Of a stretch of DNA of 64,000 bases, positions 59,430 to 64,000 are shown one piece after another. A program made the position numbers and the translations under genes. How positions within the stretch are numbered: the first letter of the stretch is position 1; each line of letters starts with the position of its first letter. The notes below the pieces were generated by a model. It worked only from the letters and a program-made list of their open reading frames with translations. It was not told where the DNA came from and searched no databases. This stretch comes from Mobula hypostoma (Eukaryota): the NCBI RefSeq assembly GCF_963921235.1, contig NC_086108.1:71364001-71428000 (forward strand). Reading direction: 5' to 3'.

Positions 59430-59830
59430 GTTCGTTGGTAGCATTCCTATCTCCAAGTCATGAAGTGGTGGACTCAAATCCCACAATGATGACTTGAGCT
59501 CAAGGTCCAGGCAGATATTCTGGTGCACTGAAGGTCAGATAGCAGGAGAGAGAGAGAAAGCACTGCATCGTGATATATCAAACTGAGTCCATTTTCTTAT
59601 ATTTGGTAAAATGCTCTTGGCATTTTTGGGAAGTAACTTTCATTCAGTATTTAGACAGATTAACCAGTCACTACTGTATTGTGACTTATGCCAGCTTACT
59701 GTGCGCTAGAAGGTTGCTGTGTTCCTACAATTGCCACTATGGTAAAAAAGTGCCTAACTGTAAATTACTTTGGGATGTGCAAAAGATTTGTGAAAAGTAC
59801 TGTGTAAGCACAAATTTTGTTCTTTGTGTT
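59430..59830 (+). mobile_element. Ancient DeuSINE-like SINE (similar remnants at about 4790-5070 and 29580-29830)
   Basis: Decayed tRNA head (ggtagcattc...ggactcaaatcccac) and L2-like tail (gtaaattactttgggatgt...gtgaaaag). Confidence 0.5.
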
Positions 59831-60039
59831 ACAGGTTGGTTCACCTACTCTAATGTTCTCTGAGCTTGTATATCCTCAACTACTATTCTTAAACTTGAAC
59901 TTGTTCAGAACCCAGCACCTCCAGGTGTAACTTTCGTCCAACATATGTATTCAGATATGTATCCATGTGTTCAAACTGCACCATATTCTTGTCCTTTCCC
60001 TTCCCTGTAACATTTTTCATTCTTATAACCTTTCAAAAT

Positions 60040-62300
60040 TCAAACTGCCAAGAGGACCATGGGGTCTCCTTTCCGCCTATCTGTGACTTTTACTGGGACC
60101 ATTGGAAACAAAAGGCCCAAAACATTGTTGAGGATCCCCACAATCTCTTTGGCCCACTACCATCAAGAAGGAGGTACAGGAGCATCAGGACTAGGACTGC
60201 CAGCTTCTTCCCTCAGGCTTTGAGACTAATGAATAGTCTACCACCACCGAGATCTCATCACTACAAGAACTGTTTATTGTTTACCTGTGCTGTGTACTAC
60301 CTGCATTTTGAATTATATTTTTAACTTATTTATGGTGATATTTTGGTTTATGTGCTGTGTGTGATATAGGTTTTGTGGATGCCCCATGGTACAGAGGGAC
60401 GTTGTTTTGTTTGGTTGTATATATGTACAGTCAGATAACAGATTTGAACTGGATCTTTATCCCAAGTCTGGGGTCTTGTGCATTCCATTTCCTCATGCCA
60501 GCTCTCCAAGCCTGTCTTTCAGCACTGATGTTTTCAGCTCTGAACTTCTACTGTCTCAGTTTCCCTCTTCTACCACAATTTCTGGTGGTATATTTGGATG
60601 CCCTATGACTGTCTCAATTGCAACTATGCATTTGAAACACTGGGATGGCAACTTCAGCAACTTGCTGTTGCTTCTCCAGTGACTAGAGGGCTAACCTATA
60701 TTATTTTTGTACAAAATGTAAACCAACTCTCTGATTGACAACCATGAATGCTACCTACTAAGCTACTGCTGACACTAATTAGTATGAGGAGTGACTTTAG
60801 AAATTATATAACTGACAATTCACAGGCCTTATTTCTAAACGTCAGATGTACACCGAATGGCCTAAAAACTTGGTTGGCCCTGCCTGATCATTTTATTCCA
60901 CCTCTTCTGCATGGGTCTTGTGCAGTGGGTGCAGGGTGGGTCTTCGTTCTTGTCATTTGATAGAAATACCTGATAGTAGAACATATCAAATATATAATCT
61001 AATGCACTTGGTATTGAGGGTTAAAGGTTAACAAGCTTGTTAAGTAAGCGTCACATGACCGACTGCTCTTTGGGTTGTGGCAATTCTCTACAGGGACTTG
61101 CCAAACTGGTCTGCAGAGGCAAAGGCAGAACAGCAAAATTAATGAGAATCCAAAAAAAGAACCAGAAATACTGGAAAATGTCAATGTGCCAGGCAGCACC
61201 ATGGAGGGAGATGTAGAGGTAATGTTTCACTTTCCAATGAAAGATCTGTTTCTCTCTCCACAAATGCTGCTCAGTGGGCTAACTATTTCCAGGACTACCA
61301 GTTCTTATCTCAGACTAGAAACCCATGCTTTTTCAAATTCTTGAGTTTGTGAGTATGTTCTTGGTTACTTAAAGAACCCAGGGCTACACCACACCCAAAG
61401 TAAGTTTTTCCAGCTGAAATTTCCCATTTGTACATTGTACTATCTGTCAGTGCATTGGAATAAACGAGGCATGATGATTAACTCCTCTGCTAAGGCATCA
61501 GTTTCATTTGGACTGGTGACCCTAGTTGCCTGAGAATAAAATCAGTCTTCCAGAATTATATTTACAATTCATTGTTCAACAGAGGCTGTTTTCAGTGCTC
61601 TCTATGTGTGATTCAGGTGCCGTAACTTGCAATCCATTCAGGCAATGAGGCACAAGGCTGTAACAGACTGTGGCACATCATAGGTTGATTGGCTAGTATA
61701 ATTATCCCAAATGTAGGTTAAAGGCAGGAGGTTACAATTCAAAGTTCAAAGTAAATTTATTATAAAAATACTAAATACTACCCCATGATTCATTTTCTTA
61801 CAGGCGTTCACAGTAGAACAAAGACATACAATAGAAACAATGAAAAACTACAAAGCGTGACAAACTGTGCAAATACAAAAAGAAACAAGTAATAATAATA
61901 TATTAAGTAAATAATACTGAGAACATGAGTTGTAGAGTTCTTGAAATTGAGCCCACAGTTTGTATTCAATGATCAGTTCTGGTGAGTGAAGGTGTTCATG
62001 CTGGTTCAGGAGCCTGATGGCCAAAGAGTAATAACTGTTCCTGAGCCTGGTGGAATGGGAACAAATGCTCCTGTACCTTTTCCTGATGGTGGAAGTAAGA
62101 AGGGAGCACCGCCTTGATGTTGGATGTTGTTTTCTTGTGGCAACGCTCTTTGTTGATGTGCTCAATGGTGGAAAGGGCTTCTCCTGTGATGAACCGGACT
62201 GTATCCACCACATTTTGTAGGCTTTTCCTATCCTGGGCATTGGTGTTTCCATACCAGGCCAAGATGAAACCAGCCAGGAAACTGTCCACTGTTCACCAAT
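60040..62300. mobile_element. Rex1-type 3' fragments (60040-60450 +, 61735-62300 -)
   Basis: PLPSRRRYRSIRTRT / SFFPQALRLMN and AWYGNTNAQDRKSLQNVV motifs with family tails. Confidence 0.8.
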
Positions 62301-64000
62301 AGGGAGGTACATGGGAACTCAATAAGTTACAAAGAAATAAGTGGGAAACGAGACCGATGGGGATGTTCTGAGAGCTGTATTAACTTGATGGAGTGAATGA
62401 TCCTCTTTGTCATAAATAAATATGAAATAATAAATATATAAGATGAAAAATAAGGAGCTCTGTGTACCTTATTAATAATTGAACTGTGGTTATCACTTTT
62501 CAAATTGACATCATCTTATCAGAAACTGGGTGATTAACATCTGCATCAAAATTTACTCTGGCATTAAACTGAAGGCATATGAAAGGAAGCAGAGGTGAAT
62601 TCATCTTTGCTAAGCAAAGCAATAACATTCTGCCTTGAAACTAATAAGGCAGTGAATTTTCTCCTATATAAAATGCTACTCCTGTCTTGCCTCTGCAAAG
62701 TGACTTGGAATCTTTTCCACACTGAAGGCATTTAACAAAAAATGCTGGAATAGCGCCTTGTACAGCAGTAAAGGTCTTCAGAAGAGTCAGAAAATGTAAA
62801 AATAAAGTTTTAAAAATACTAATCCTGTCAGAGGAAGCCAAAACAATTCTGAGCTTATATCAGTACAGTACCTAAACCTTTCCGTTTCCTGTCATCAGAC
62901 ACAAATCTCCATGGTAAATCTAGATTACTGTTAATAACGCAAGGAAAGTTTTGGCTGTAACCAAATCTCAGTGCCATTTGAGCAGTTTAAAACCAGCAAA
63001 TATGTTCAGTATTTCTAAGCTCAGCTCAAGACCTCCCAGTACCGAGTATTAAGAGCAGAGCTTTCTCTAGTTTGCTTGATTTTTTTCTCTCTGTACTACT
63101 GTGATGTATCAGTAAAAGTGTGCCAGGAAATTTAGTAGATAATTGTATTGCAGGGGCTTTGTTAAGTAATACACATCTTGCGAAATTAGTCAGAACCTAT
63201 TAGATTATTAGTGTCAGCCGATGGTTTTATTGGTGGGACAGCTGTGAATAAACTGGGTGGCGTACATTGAGGCCCAGGTGCTGTGTGCCACTGATTAGAC
63301 CTCAGACACTCAAGACTTTTTGAACACGAGAGGGACAGTATAGGACTGGGCCAGGCCTAAGAATCACAGAGACTAGACGGTAGGGGTGAGGGGAACAAAA
63401 GAGAGAAAAAGAATTGGGGCCAATTGATGGGTAGAAGGAGAAAGATCAGAGAAATTGTCAGTTGCCAGGGGCTGATTAGTAATCAGGGCCTGTGGCGGGT
63501 GAGATATAAAATCTCTAAAAGGTATGTCTACGGGGAGTTACAAATGAGCTCCCAGTGCAAATCTGCCCAAGCAAGTCCCACACCCATCAACCCTGGGAAT
63601 GACTATCCACGGTTCCATTTGTGACTCAAACTCTCCCACACAACTATTGATCACACATCCTTCTTTGTTGCTGTTTAATATGCAAGTAGTTAGAATATGA
63701 CAATCAACCAACAGCAGTAGTTGGTAGAACAAGCTATTTGAAGTTACTCCAAATGGTGCACATGCTTTTCAGAGGGTATATGCATACTGAATATGAACAA
63801 CACTGGTTTCTCTCAAAAAGTACCAAACCTACATTAATTGTCACAATCTCCATATAAGTAGATCAATTTACTATTTACATAAATATATTTGCAATTGTTG
63901 GATACATATAAATACCCACACGACAGCTATAATCAACCTGCACTATTGCGCCCCTCCCCCTTGGGGGTGGTGGGAGTTTCTAAAGGGGTGATAAAGATAA

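Noticed and set aside
62660..62675. TATA box cctatataaaa
   Set aside because: No supported downstream exon or ORF; such motifs are expected by chance in AT-rich DNA.

Overview
Vertebrate nuclear DNA that is mostly transposable elements. The repeat mix (CR1, Rex1/Babar-type LINEs, Penelope GIY-YIG elements, HE1/V-SINE-like and DeuSINE-like SINEs) points to a cartilaginous fish, probably a ray; this is an inference. There is no prokaryotic system or CRISPR array. The host-gene signal is a probable last coding exon (27271-27437, ending ...LYVPQAT*) with a TE-free 3' UTR to about 29150, plus three weak candidate upstream exons at 0.1-2.5 kb. Most notable items: (1) a decayed two-LTR endogenous retrovirus (34.85-43.86 kb) with foamy/Loki-like RT motifs but a double-CCHC Gag, and a perfect 6 x 72-bp in-frame expansion in pol; (2) an intronless RBM25 retrocopy fused to a truncated Gypsy element; (3) Penelope insertions with inverted arms, target-site duplications (TSDs) and minimal hammerhead ribozymes; (4) a five-level nest, Rex1 < 5'-inverted L1/Tx1 < 6-bp-TSD DNA transposon < hAT-Charlie < CR1; (5) several Ty3/Gypsy copies and a young CR1 with an open RT frame. 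Coordinates were read by eye, and ends without a TSD are approximate.
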